A DNA stretch of 64,000 nucleotides from the human T2T-CHM13v2.0 reference genome, Homo sapiens. The DNA is taken from the NCBI RefSeq assembly GCF_009914755.1, contig NC_060943.1. One strand, written 5' to 3'. Below, piece by piece: positions 22,251-47,223 of this stretch. The notes beneath the pieces were generated by a model, which had not been told where the DNA came from, made no database searches, and saw only the letters and a program-made list of their open reading frames with translations. A program made the position numbers and the translations under genes. Every line of letters starts with the position of its first letter. The first letter of the stretch is position 1.

Positions 22251-23996
22251 GGTGGGGGGAGTGGCTTCCTTTGGCCTCTTCCTTCTGTGCCCCCAAAGAG
22301 GGGGGGCTTTGCTTGGAGCTCTTCCGTGGGGGGGGCCTTGTCTTGAAGTTGTCCCAGGTGGGGGAGGGGCGACAGACCCGACCAGACCCTGAGTCAGAAA
22401 TGCCCCCTCAGCACTTTCTTGGGTTGGGTGGGTGGGGGGTGACCTCCAGCCTGGGGATGGGGGGCTGGGTGCCGCCCTGGTGGCCTCCGGACCGCCAGGC
22501 TCTCCTGGTCACAACCCAGCGCTATGGCCCTGAGGTCTTTGTGACCTGGGACCTCTGTCCCCACAACAGATGGAACAGAGGCTATTTTGGAACATGCCCT
22601 CCTCGCTTTCTCCCAGGGGCCACCCACCTGCCCCCCACTGCCTTTTCACCCATGGGGCCGAAAGACTCAGGGGTCTGGGTAAAGGGTGTCTAGGGCAGAG
22701 GGGCCGCAGGACTCTCTTGTCCGGTGACTGGGGAGGCTTGGGGGTGTCTGCTGTGCAACACTGACCTGGGTGGGGTCGGGTCACAGGAGGGATCTGAGTC
22801 CCAGGGGCCCCTGCCTCCTCGTCTCTCCAGGCCTTGTCTGCCCAGGAGCTGTGTATGAGTCTTGGGGGCTCCTTTGCCAGGGTAAGGGTTGGGGGTGGCC
22901 TCCTGGGCCCAGCTGCCTCTCGGGAGGGTGGAGCTTTGCCCCCTCCGCTGTCCCCATGATGTGCCTTCCCTCTGGGGTGTCACTCCAGGCCTGTTGGGTT
23001 CTGCCCGGCCTGTTTTATTGGCGGCCTGGGCGGGTGGAGGTGTGGCCTGGGCTAGGGGGTGGCTCGGGTGGGACCCAGGCCCCAGGAGTCTCTGTTCTTC
23101 ACCCAGGCCATTAGGACTGGCCCTGGGTGGAAGGCACTCTAGGCTGGGTGAGTGTGTTGCCGTCCGAGACATCTGGCCCACTCGGGATCCCAGAGGACCG
23201 GGAAACTCCAGACCCCTGTTGCCCTGCAGAGATTGTGGGGTCTGCGTGGGAGGCTCTGTGGTCACCCAGACCTGGGTTCAAACCCCACCGCCATGTCTCC
23301 AAGCAGAGGATCCCTGAGCCTCAGTTGTCCTCAACCATGAAATGGGACCGCCCTGGTGCCCCCTTCTCTGACACCTGTTGGTGCCCACCTTAACCTCCTG
23401 AACTCGATTCATCCCTCCTTGAGTGCCATGGGTTGGGGGGGTACTGTTACCCACACTGTTTTGCAGGTAGGGAACCTGAGGTCCAGAGAAGTTGTGGCTT
23501 GGGCGTTGCTGTTGAGTTGTGTGATGGGGGGAGGGTTAGCCCAGGGCCCGTATACAACAGGCGCTCAATCTCCAGTCTGGCCTGAGATGGGAGGATACCT
23601 AGATACCTGGAGGCCAGGCTGGGCCGCTCCAACAGGGACTCAGGCAGCGACTGGAACTTAGAACCCACCTGACTGGGGCCCGGAGCCCGCTGGCCAATCA
23701 CAGGCCAGGAACGCCCATTCCCCCACCCTGCTTGTGAAGCAATAATCCAAGATCTCCTGGGGCAGACAGTCTGGCCACAGCGTGTTTCTCTGTGGCCCCG
23801 TGCGGGGCGACCTTGCTACCCAGGCCCACAGTAGGCTGTATGCGAAGAGCCTGCGCCTCTGCCTCCAAGAAGGCCTCCAGGTCTGCATCCTGCATGAGAT
23901 GGACATGAGAGCTGATCCCCGGGGCCTTCATGGGGAAGGAAGGAGGGGGCTTGAGGAGCTCAGGCCTGCTCTGACTGTGCCTTTTTTCCCCTTCAG

Positions 23997-24263
23997 GTTT
24001 CTGCAAATGCGTGAATGAGCCGGATGCCAGCCTCTGTCCCCTGGAGCCCAGCGTGAGGAAGAGGCATGCCCCATCAGCCTTCAGCTTGAGCCCGGCGGCC
24101 CCCGCCCCCGCCCCCTGCCACCCTGCACTGCCCCGGCTCCCCCGCGGCCCCCACGCTGCAGTGCGGCCGGGCCCCCTCCCCGCAGGGGCCGCCCCCGCCG
24201 CCCACCCCTAGCGCCCGTGGTGGTGGTGGTGGTGGTGGTGGTGGTGGCCCGGGCCGCAGGGCC
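23997..24263 (+). other. ARID3A: ARID3A exon 2 5'UTR part (267 nt) with uORFs and a (GGT)9 repeat
   Basis: Acceptor CTTTTTTCCCCTTCAG| at 23996; repeat at 24217-24247. Confidence 0.85.
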
Positions 24264-24631
24264 ATGAAACTACAGGCTGTGATGGAGACGCTGTTGCAGC
24301 GGCAGCAGCGGGCGCGCCAGGAGCTGGAGGCCCGGCAGCAGCTGCCCCCCGATCCCCCTGCTGCACCCCCCGGCCGGGCCCGGGCTGCCCCCGACGAGGA
24401 CAGAGAGCCCGAGAGTGCCCGGATGCAGCGGGCTCAGATGGCCGCACTGGCAGCCATGCGGGCTGCAGCTGCGGGTCTGGGACACCCGGCCAGCCCCGGC
24501 GGCTCTGAGGATGGGCCCCCAGGCTCGGAGGAGGAGGACGCGGCCCGGGAGGGGACACCGGGCTCACCCGGGCGAGGCAGAGAAGGGCCAGGAGAGGAGC
24601 ACTTTGAGGACATGGCCTCCGACGAGGACAT
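24264..24631 (+). CDS. ARID3A: AT-rich interaction domain 3A (Bright/DRIL1/E2FBP1), first coding exon, 368 nt
   Basis: MKLQAVMETLLQRQQRARQELEARQQLPP...MASDED; AT|GTGAGT donor. Confidence 0.97.
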
Positions 24632-24719
24632 GTGAGTTGGGGTCTGGGGCAGGGCCTTCTGGGGGCTGTTACTGGCTCTGAGTGTCACTCTGCTCATCTG
24701 CAGAATGGGAGTAAGGGTC

Positions 24720-26900
<2,181 letters not shown>

Positions 26901-27157
26901 CCTGCGTGATGCTTTTCAAGGCCCCAAAATTCACGCTGTAGGGACGGCTTGTGCTGTTCTGGGCTAATTGGAAACAAAGTGGGCGTCACGGGTGCCCCAC
27001 GCTGTGCTCATGAGCGCTCTCTGCAGTCTGAGCTGGCGGCGGCCGGCTCTTCCTATTTCCAGAGAGGGAAACTGAGGCTGGGCGGGGAGTGGGTCTTTCC
27101 TTGGGCTGGGACGAGCCAGCACCTTCTCCCCTGACTCCTGCCCTCTGCTCACCCCAG

Positions 27158-27482
27158 GAAGCCCAAATGGGAGGAGGAGGAGATGGAGGAAGACCTCGGG
27201 GAGGATGAGGAGGAGGAGGAGGAGGATTACGAGGATGAGGAGGAGGAGGAGGACGAGGAGGGGCTGGGCCCCCCAGGCCCTGCCAGCTTGGGCACCACGG
27301 CACTGTTCCCCCGAAAGGCCCAGCCACCCCAGGCCTTCCGCGGCGATGGCGTTCCCAGGGTGCTGGGGGGCCAGGAGCGGCCGGGGCCTGGCCCTGCCCA
27401 CCCCGGAGGGGCCGCCCACGTAGCCCCGCAGCTGCAGCCGCCTGACCACGGCGACTGGACTTACGAGGAGCAGTTTAAGCAG
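27158..27482 (+). CDS. ARID3A: ARID3A exon 3, 325 nt, acidic region
   Basis: CCCCAG|G AAG; KPKWEEEEMEEDLGEDEEEE...DWTYEEQFKQ; CAG|GTGAGT. Confidence 0.97.
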
Positions 27483-30443
27483 GTGAGTGGGCGCGTCCCG
27501 CGTGGCGGCTGAGGCACCTGCTCCTGGGCCAGTGGGGCCCTTTGAAGGCCCACGTTGCACGGGGTGTGTGCTGAGCCGGGCGTCGAGTTGAGAGCTGGGG
27601 GTTCCTGCGGTAGCTGTGCTTCCTGTGCTTCCCTCCTGGGCGTGGGCTCGACCAGCTGGCTGTTCATTGCTCTGATGTGGGATGTGTGAGGAGCACCCGG
27701 CCGGGTAGGAGAAACCTGGGGGGCTCCACGGCCCCCATATCGGAGGTGATGGGGTAGAGATGGAAAGGTGGGCCTGGGAGGGAGAGGCTGGCGCCGGCCC
27801 GAGCTGGGCGTGGGTTGGAGGAACCAGGCCTGCGGGCGATGCGGGCAGAGAGGCCGGGGCCTTGGTGACGTGGTGACTTGGCCTCCTCTGTCCCCTGGCA
27901 TCTGTGGAGAGCCGTGGGGGGTTGCGGGCTGCAGCCGGCAGCCGAGGGGATGTGGGGGTGGCTCAGGTGTGGCTGCAGGAGACGCAGGAGCCAGGGCCTG
28001 TGAGGCTCCGAGTGGGCGGTTAAGGCTGGGGCCGGCAGGGGGTCTCAGGGACCCCAGGCTGAAGGAGGAAGTAGGGGCCGCCCCAGCCTTTCCCCGCAGG
28101 CGGCCAGGCCAGAGGAAGTGGCCGGGCGGGGGATGCTTTGAAGTTGGGCCGTGCTGGGCCGGGCAGATGGAAACCAGATGGTGGCCAGGCTCACATTCCA
28201 GCCCTCGTCCAGCTGGGCTCTGCCTCAACCTCTGGGCGCGGCTGGGGGGAGCCACCTCCTCGCCTGGGGCTGGAGCTGGTCTGGGCTCCCGCAGGGAGGT
28301 GGATGATGGACACGCTGGGACATGCCTGCCTCGGGGCAGCCCCTTCGGCCCTGGGCTTCCAGAATCCGCTCTGAGGAGCCTCCTAGGAGGGGCCGAGGCA
28401 CAGACACCCAGGGGGGCCTCCCCGGGGCTCCTGACTCCAGGGGTGCCGGGTAGCTTAAGGGGCGGCCCTAACCCCAGCAGCCCTCAAGAGACTTAAGGTT
28501 GGGCTGCCTGGAAACTCACAAATAGTAAAGAGCTGAAAGCCGGACACGGTGTGGGAGAATGGCCAGGGCAGCGGCGGGGACTCGGTGGGGGGGGGGGGCG
28601 TCTCGCTGATTCCACCCTGCTCTGTGACTCAGTTTCCCACTCCTGCAGAAGGGGATGCTCCACGGGCCACACTGCCGCGCGTCCCATTCTGCCAGTGAGA
28701 AAACAGAGGCTCAGTGTTGGGAGGAGGGGTCTTGTGATCTTTTCTGGGTTTAAGATGATACGGATGAGCATGCTGAGAGTGGATTCTCTTTAATTTCATT
28801 AATTTAATTCACCAATTAATTTAACATTCACCCAATATTCGCCATCTGCCCGGGACTCAGCCCGCAGGGAGCCCTGGGCTGGAGGGGCGGGCAGGAGCCG
28901 GACGGAGACCTCCATCCCCGCAGGGTTATAGCCAAGCCGAGAGGGAGGGTCAAGGCCCCCCATTCAGTCGGTCCTTCGGGGGTCAGAGGTGAATGGGACC
29001 CCCTGACCCTGGACACACGCCCCGCCCAGACAGCCCCGGCCTCCAAGGCCCAAAGCCGATGGGGGAGTTTTGGGGTGACTGGCCCAGACCAGGCAGGGAT
29101 GAGGGGCCAGGCGCCCTGACCCCACAGCCCGCAGCATGTCCTGAGCGAAGGCAGGAGGCAGAAGCCACTGTCTACCTTGTCTGGGCGACACCGCGGGTCA
29201 GGGTTGTAGGTGCCATGTGGGGTTTTTCTGCAGCGGGAAGCCGAGATGGGGAAACTGAGGCCAGTGCAGGGAGGGGGGTCACTGTGTCACCGGCAGCCTC
29301 AGGTATTCCTGGAGATCCTGCCGCCCCGCACCTGCCCCCTGGGTGTACCGGGCAGTGCAGAGGCCCTGAGGTGGACTAAAGCTCGGCTTGTGTGTAGGGA
29401 CCGGGTGCCGCCTCTGGGTCTTGCGGGAGACGGGATTGGAACTCCGAGAAGATGAGGGCCTAGGGATGGTCGTGGGCAGCGGGGGTGGGGGGAGGCCCCC
29501 GCCCTGCAGTCCTGTGACTTTTTTTTCTCTAGAGAAGGGCTTTCACGGTGTTGCCCAGGTTGGTCTCAAACTCCTGGGCTCAAGTGATCTGCCTCACTCA
29601 GCTTCCCAAAGTGCTGGGATTACAGGCCTGAGCCACGGTGCCCAGCCAGTCCTGGGATCTTATCCTGGGCTGTTCGTGGCAGGTCCAGCCGCCGATGCCG
29701 CCGCCCGCCCAGCTGGCCAGACACCTGTGTTCCCAGTGTCAACAGTGGCCTGGGCCCAACCAGCCCAGTCAGTGTTACCTCCCGCCCGGCCCCTACTGGG
29801 GCCCCTGTTGACTCTGGCGCCTGCCCCACCCCCTTCCTGGCACGTGGCAGGCCTGGCCCGCTGGCCGGCCGCTTGGCACCGTCTCTGCCTCTTCCTCCCA
29901 GGTCCTGGCAGGGCTCGGGGCTAACTTCCGCCTGCAAATCCTCGACAGCTGTGAAATTCTGCTGTCGGCTGCAGGTCTGGTGGGTGGCCAGGCCGCGGCG
30001 GGGGGCCGGGCGCAGCAGGCTCAGGGCCACGGGTTCTTTCCTTGGACACCTGGAACCTTGCTGCCTGGGGCCTGGGGACGTGCAGTTTTGGAGGCCAGCA
30101 CGTGTCGGGCAGTGATTAGGATCTCAGCCTCCTGATGTCTGACGTAGCCTCCTGGTGGCCTCCTGTCACCCACACAGCAGGCCCAGCTTCTAGAAAGCGG
30201 CCACGGTAGGATTTTATTGGATTATTATTATTTTTGAGGCAGGGTCTTACTCTGTCGGGTAGGCTGGAGTGTAGTGGTGCTGTCCTAACTCACTGCAGCC
30301 TCGATCTCCTGGGTTCAAGCGATCCTTCTGCCTCAGCCTCCTGAGTAGCTGCGAGTACAGACGGGCGCCACCAAACTCAGCTAATTTTTGTAGAGACGGG
30401 GTCTTGCTATGTTGCCCAGGCTGGTCTAGAACTCCTGGGCTCA

Positions 30444-30735
<292 letters not shown>

Positions 30736-30944
30736 TAGCCAGGATGGTCTCGATCTCCTGACCTTGTGATCCGCCTGCCTCGGCCTCCCAAAGCGCTGGG
30801 ATTAAAGGCGTGAGCCACCGCGCCCGGCCCGTGATGGGATTTTACACGCACAGGCGGTTAATCACAGATCTTCAGCTGCTTAAGGATTTGAACCTTTAGT
30901 CTCAACAATTCTAATAAGTGTTGAATGAATTTGAGATGAATCTT

Positions 30945-32955
<2,011 letters not shown>

Positions 32956-33556
32956 AGTGTCAGGATCTCTCCCTCTGCTTTCCAAAGTAAAGCTTGCTGC
33001 CCATGTAACTTGCAGATGAGCTCAGAGGTGTAGGAATGACGGCACTAGCCGGTATCTGTTGCTTCACTGCGTGAAGAAAGTGACTGAGTGTTTTAGATGG
33101 GTCGTCTCCCAGATCCTCACTGGATCCCAAGGAGCTGCCGTTGAACCTGTTGTGCAGACGAGAAACTGAGGCATGGGGTGATCACATGACTTGTGCACAG
33201 TCGCCCGGGGGACGTGTCAGAGCTGGAATTTGACCCCCGGGATGCACCTGCCAGAGAGGACCCAGCGGTGTGTGGATGGATGGCCCAGGGAGCTGCTGGT
33301 GGGACGGTTTTGGGGAAGCTCAGCTGCCCCTCCGTTTTTCTTTTTGTCTGGAATGAAAGTGGTTAGACCAGGCCAGACCTCAGTGCTGTCCTCATATCCA
33401 GGCCTCCGGGCCTGACAGCTGGGCGTGTGTGGGCACTGGGGCAGGGACGGCCACCAGCAGCCTCTCAGGCTCAAGGCCAGACACACCTCGCTGGGCCCAG
33501 CCCCAGAGACCGCTGGGTCCTCACCACGGTGCCTGCCAGGCAGCTCTCGGGAGTGA

Positions 33557-34128
<572 letters not shown>

Positions 34129-34935
34129 TGACAGGCCTGAGCCACCGCGCCCGGCCTCTCGATACACTTTTGGTTCCAGAAGTAACACTTGACACTCTTC
34201 TTGCAGAGAGGAAGAAAATGGAACGTTTACAGGGAGCCCCGAGTCCCTCCCTTGACCTCTAGGGCATGAGCCGCATGTTCTCCAGGCCTTTCTCTGCCCA
34301 CTCACACCCAGGAATGTGACCTGGGAGGTATCTAACGTGTGATCTTCCGGGCAGGTCGGGAGGTTCCTCCCGCCGCTGCCTTCGAGGAGCTGTTTATCTT
34401 GGGTGCGTTCGCGTCGTAATTGGGATGTTCCGAGCCACCTGGTTCTTTTCAGCTGTATGGACGTTCCCCTCGTGGCGCTGGACACCCCCACGTCCACACA
34501 CTTCCCTCGGTCATTTCCCTGTTGTAAGCAATACTGTAACGAACATCTTCGGGGCGTGAGAGTTGCTTGGAGCAGTGTGGGGAGGAGGTGGGGAGCTGGA
34601 ATTGCCAGGGCTCTGGGAGAATCGGCAACACGTTTTCTTCGTCGTGCCCCGGAGACCCCCAGACTGGTGGGAGACAGAGCTGGATGTGAAGGTAGCACTG
34701 GGGTCTGCCGTGGCCTCGCCACGTCCATTTCAGACTGAGGCTTAGGGGCGCTGCTGGGCTTCCCCACATCCCTCGAGGGGTCAGGGCTGGGCTAGAGGGG
34801 ATTGAGGGGGAGGCTGCCAAGAGGAAGGGGCATTGGGGCTGGGGCTTTGCAGGATGTGTAAGAGTTTGTTAGCGAGCCACAGCAGGGCAGGGCCTGCCTC
34901 TGGGATCACTGTGACTGGAGCGTAATGTGTGGGGC

Positions 34936-35137
34936 CAGGGTGGCCAACTTTTTGGCTTCCCTGGGCTACATTGGAAGAAGAAGAATTGTCTTGGACCACA
35001 TGTAAAATACAGTAACACTAATGATACCTGATGAGCCAAAAAAAATTGCAAAAAAACTCTCATCGTGCGCTAAGAAATGTACGCGTTTGCACTGGGCCGC
35101 ATTTACAGCCGTCCTGGGCCGCGGGTCAGTCAAGCTC
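34936..35137 (+). mobile_element. MER30 (hAT-Charlie MITE)
   Basis: CAGGG..CCAA..TTTTGGCTTCCCTGGGC.ACATTGGAAGAAGAAGAATTGTCTTGG..CACA...GCCGTCCTGGGCCGC matches the recalled MER30 consensus. Confidence 0.85.
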
Positions 35138-36237
35138 TCGGTGTAGCAGGAGGGGTGGGCAGAGCTTGAGGGCACTTGGCAGGGTTTGGAGCTGGGAGAA
35201 GGAGGCTGGGAGGACCCTTCTGGAGCCTGTTTTGGAGACAGAACGGAGGCACCCTTGGTCCAGGCAGGAGTAGAAGAGGCCAACACTGCAGCTGGGCTTC
35301 TGGGGCCTGAGAAGAAGGAGAAGGAGGAGAATTTTCCCAGCACAGGCGGGTGCTCTAGGCAGATGGTGCAGCTGGGGCCTTTGCCCAGAGGTCAGGCAGC
35401 AGGTTCCGAGCACACAGAGGCAGCGGCTGTGTTTGAGACAGAGTGTGTTTGTCAAGAGAGCCCCGAGCCAGGCCCTCGGCCGCCAGCCCTGGTGCCGGCG
35501 TCTTCCTGGGCCTCCGGGAGCCCCGGCTGCACGTGAGCCGCCGGGAGGGCTGTCGGGAAGCCCCCTGGGCACCTGGTCCTCCCCACCGGGGCAGCGCCCG
35601 CCTCATCAAAGCCACTGTGGCTGCTGGCGCCGGGCCAGCTGGGCCCTGGCGGGCGAGGGGTGGGTGGGTGCCCGCCAGCCCCTGGCACTGTGCCCCGGCC
35701 CGTGCCCGTGCCAGGAGCGTCGCTGACTCAGCCGGAAGAGCCTTATCTGGCCCCTGCGCCACCGCCTGGCCGTCGGGTCACCGCCGCGGGGTCACCGCCG
35801 CCGCGGCCTGGCCCCACGCCCACCGCCGGCGTCCCACCCTGGTGGCTGCTGCCAAGCGCCGGCCCCGCCCCATGCTTTCTAATAACACACGCGGCAGCCC
35901 GAGGGAGCGGTGCCCGCAGGCAGAGAGTGTCCCCGCGTGGTGCCTGGGCGGGGGAATGGGCGTGGTGAGCCGCCGTGGCGTGCGTGCGAGTGTGCACGCT
36001 GGGGCTGTGGCCGGGCGGCTCGTGGGTCCTGTCTCGTGGGACCCTGCCTGGGAGGGAATCTTGCTCCAGACACAGCATCTTCGGACCCTCCAAGGCCTCT
36101 GCCCACCGGGCACCTGCTGGATTCTGTGGGTCTCGTGTGTGGGGCTGTGTGCACCCAGCCAGCGGCACCTCACGCGCCCGCCTGCGTGTCCCCAGCCAGC
36201 ACCACGGTGTTCGTTTAGGTCTCTGTGTGCCGAGTGA

Positions 36238-36651
<414 letters not shown>

Positions 36652-37584
36652 TGACAGACGACCTTCCTGTGTGCCTGAGCATTTGGGAGCCTCGTGCTGG
36701 ACCCTGAAGCATGAGGTCGCGGTGGGGCCTATTAACCATTAGACCCCCGGGGCTGCTAGAGAGTGGCGCTGTCTGTCTTGGTCAGCAGCGCGCGTCGGCC
36801 GCGGGGCACAGATCAGCGCCTCCCCTGCCCGCCATGGGCTCTGGAGCCAGCCTAGCCGATGATGGAGCCCCAGTGGCCACCGAGCTATGGACAGGGCCGC
36901 TGGGGGTGCACCCCCACCCTCTCCGACCCCGAGGAGCTGCCGGCAGAGCCCTGTCCACTCTTGCCTCAGTTTCCCTGCTGGACACAAAGGGCTGAAGTCC
37001 AGGTCCCTTCGATGGCCCAAATTACCTGACTGTCGATCCTGACTGGGGCGGTGGCGACATGGCCCCCGCAGCTGCCCGGCGGTGGCACCCAGGGGCGTCA
37101 CCCACGAGGGACGCTTGACTCAAGGTCCTCTCCACTGGCCGCCGGGAGCCGGGCCGGGAGCCGCTGCGGTGCCGACCTGGTGGGTGGCACACGGGGGGCG
37201 GGTGCGGACCGCCTCTTCTCCGCTCTGCCGGCTGCACATGGCCAGAGGACAATTGGGGGTCACAGGGTTAAACGCTGACTAATCTGGCCATTGAAGGCCC
37301 AAGCGCCGGGATATGCAGCCTTGCCCCTTGGTCAGGGCTGGGCTGGGGGTCCGTGGGCACAGGTGGGTGGGCAGGGAGTAGGTGGAGGCCGCCCCTCCCA
37401 CTGCCCCGCAGGCCCTGGTTCTGGCCAGGCTCAGGAAGTGAGCTCCCTGGGGACCCAGGCCCCATGTCCAGAAGCCACGCTGGACATAGTGCCCAGATTC
37501 CATGCCCAGCAGCCTCCTCTGCCACCCTCAGAGACGGAGAACGTGAGAGCAAGTAAGAACCCGCCTTCCGGGAGGAGCCCCGTC

Positions 37585-38545
<961 letters not shown>

Positions 38546-38589
38546 GCAGAAACACCAGGCTGTGCCTCCCTGGGCACACATGTGTCTGA

Positions 38590-38907
38590 GCCCGACCCTT
38601 TCATGGGCACTTACGGAGCACCTGCTGTATGCCAGCCCGACCCTCTCATGGGCACTTACGGGGCACCTGCTGTATGCCAGCCCGACCCTCTCATGGGCAC
38701 TTACGGGGCACCTGCTGTATGCCAGCCCGACCCTCTCATGGGCACTTATGGGGCACCTGTTGTATGCCAGCCTGACCCTCTCATGGGCACTTACGGGGCA
38801 TCTGCTGTATGCCAGCCCGACCCTCTCATGGGCACCTACAGGGTACCTGCTGTATGCCAGCCTGACCCTCTCATGGGCACTTACGGGGCACCTGCTGTAT
38901 GCCAGCC
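38590..38907. repeat. 45-bp VNTR, 7 copies
   Basis: GCCCGACCCTCTCATGGGCACTTACGGGGCACCTGCTGTATGCCA; 15-aa periodicity in the ORF track. Confidence 0.95.
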
Positions 38908-40371
38908 TGCCTGCGTACTGGGGACACAGCCGTGCATGAAGCAGAAGCTCCTGCCGCCGGCACTGGAGTCCTGACGTCGGCAGCGCGGTGGAGGGCGGGC
39001 CTGTCTCGCCGTTATCTCCCAGGCGTGTCTGCTCCCCGTGTGTCTGGCTGCAGGGGCGCGTCCAGGGGGTGTGTGTGTGTGTGTGTGTGTGTCTGCGTGG
39101 GAGTGTCTGGCTGTGTGGCTGCACGGAGGCCTGTCTGGGTAGGAGTGTCGGTGGGGGCGGTCCCACACGGCCATGGTTTGTGTCTGCCACGGCCTCAGCC
39201 CCGTTGCTTCGGTCGATGCCCCCAAACCTTGACCCATCTCAGGGGCACCACGCTCACTGCTACAAATGTGGGTCTTCCGGGCAAGTGAGCGTCCCCCACC
39301 CAGGACCCCCGACCCCGGCCCTGGGAGGGCCCGACTGCCAGCCTGGCTGAACCTCCTTCATTGTCTGGTTTTCGGGGGTGGATTTTGAGACAGGGTCTCG
39401 TGCTGTCACCCAGGCTGGAGTGCCGCGGTGCAGTCATAGCTCACTGCAGCCTCGACCTCCCGGGCTCCGGTGATCTTCCCGTGTCAGCCTCCTGAGTAGC
39501 TGGGACCACAGACACTCGCCACCACACCCGGCTAACTTCATTTTATTTTTTGGAGACAGGGTCTTGCTGCGTTGCCCAGGCTGAACTCCTGAGCTCTTAG
39601 GGGAGCCGGGATGTCCCTGGGTCCTGCGGTCGCTCTCTGTCTCCATCTCTTCTTTCTCCTCTCCCCTCTCCCTGTCTCTGCCACCCGCCCCGTCCCTTCC
39701 ACCACGTCGCCCTGTAATTCTTCCCTGACGGCCATTTTTCCGGGAGTGGCTGGGCGTCTCTGCCCTAGCTGGCGCCCTGCCCAGCCACTGCCCCCACCCC
39801 TCAGTTGGCCACATGCCCATCTCGTGGGGGCCCTTGGACCTGGTTCTTGGGGAAGAACTAGACAGATCACCTCTGTGGTTATTCATTGCTTTAATGCCAC
39901 CTGGGGGGAGAGAGCCTGGGCACACCAACATGCAGAGATCCCAGCTCTGCCCGACCTGGGCCTGGTGCCTGTGACCTCCTCCTCTCGGCCTCAGTTTCCC
40001 CGCCCGTAAGACGGGGATGGTATCAGAAGGAGTGCAGCTCTTGTGACTTTGTTTTCATCCTTGGCCTTTACGGTTCACCAGGTTTCTCCTGTAACTCCTG
40101 TAGAGAGGGGACGGCGTGTGGCATGGCCCCTGCTGCCTGACCCAGCCCACCTCCGTCTGCTCCCTAGCGGGGAGGTGTCCAGGGCGGCCCCAGCCCACCT
40201 CCGTCTGCTCCCTGCAGCGGGTGGGATGGTGGGGTGTCCCTGGAGCGGGCAGAGCCTTGAGTGACTCCTCCGAGGCTGCTGCCCATGGTAGGGGCAGTTC
40301 CTGTCCTGCCCTCAGCCTGGGGTCTGGCAGAAGCTCCGGCCAGGTGTACCCCAAGGGACCCCGGACCCTGA

Positions 40372-47223
<6,852 letters not shown>

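Noticed and set aside
24208-24567. Minus-strand ORF ending in poly-His
   Set aside because: Just the antisense reading of the (GGT)n repeat and the GC-rich exon; no support for an antisense gene.
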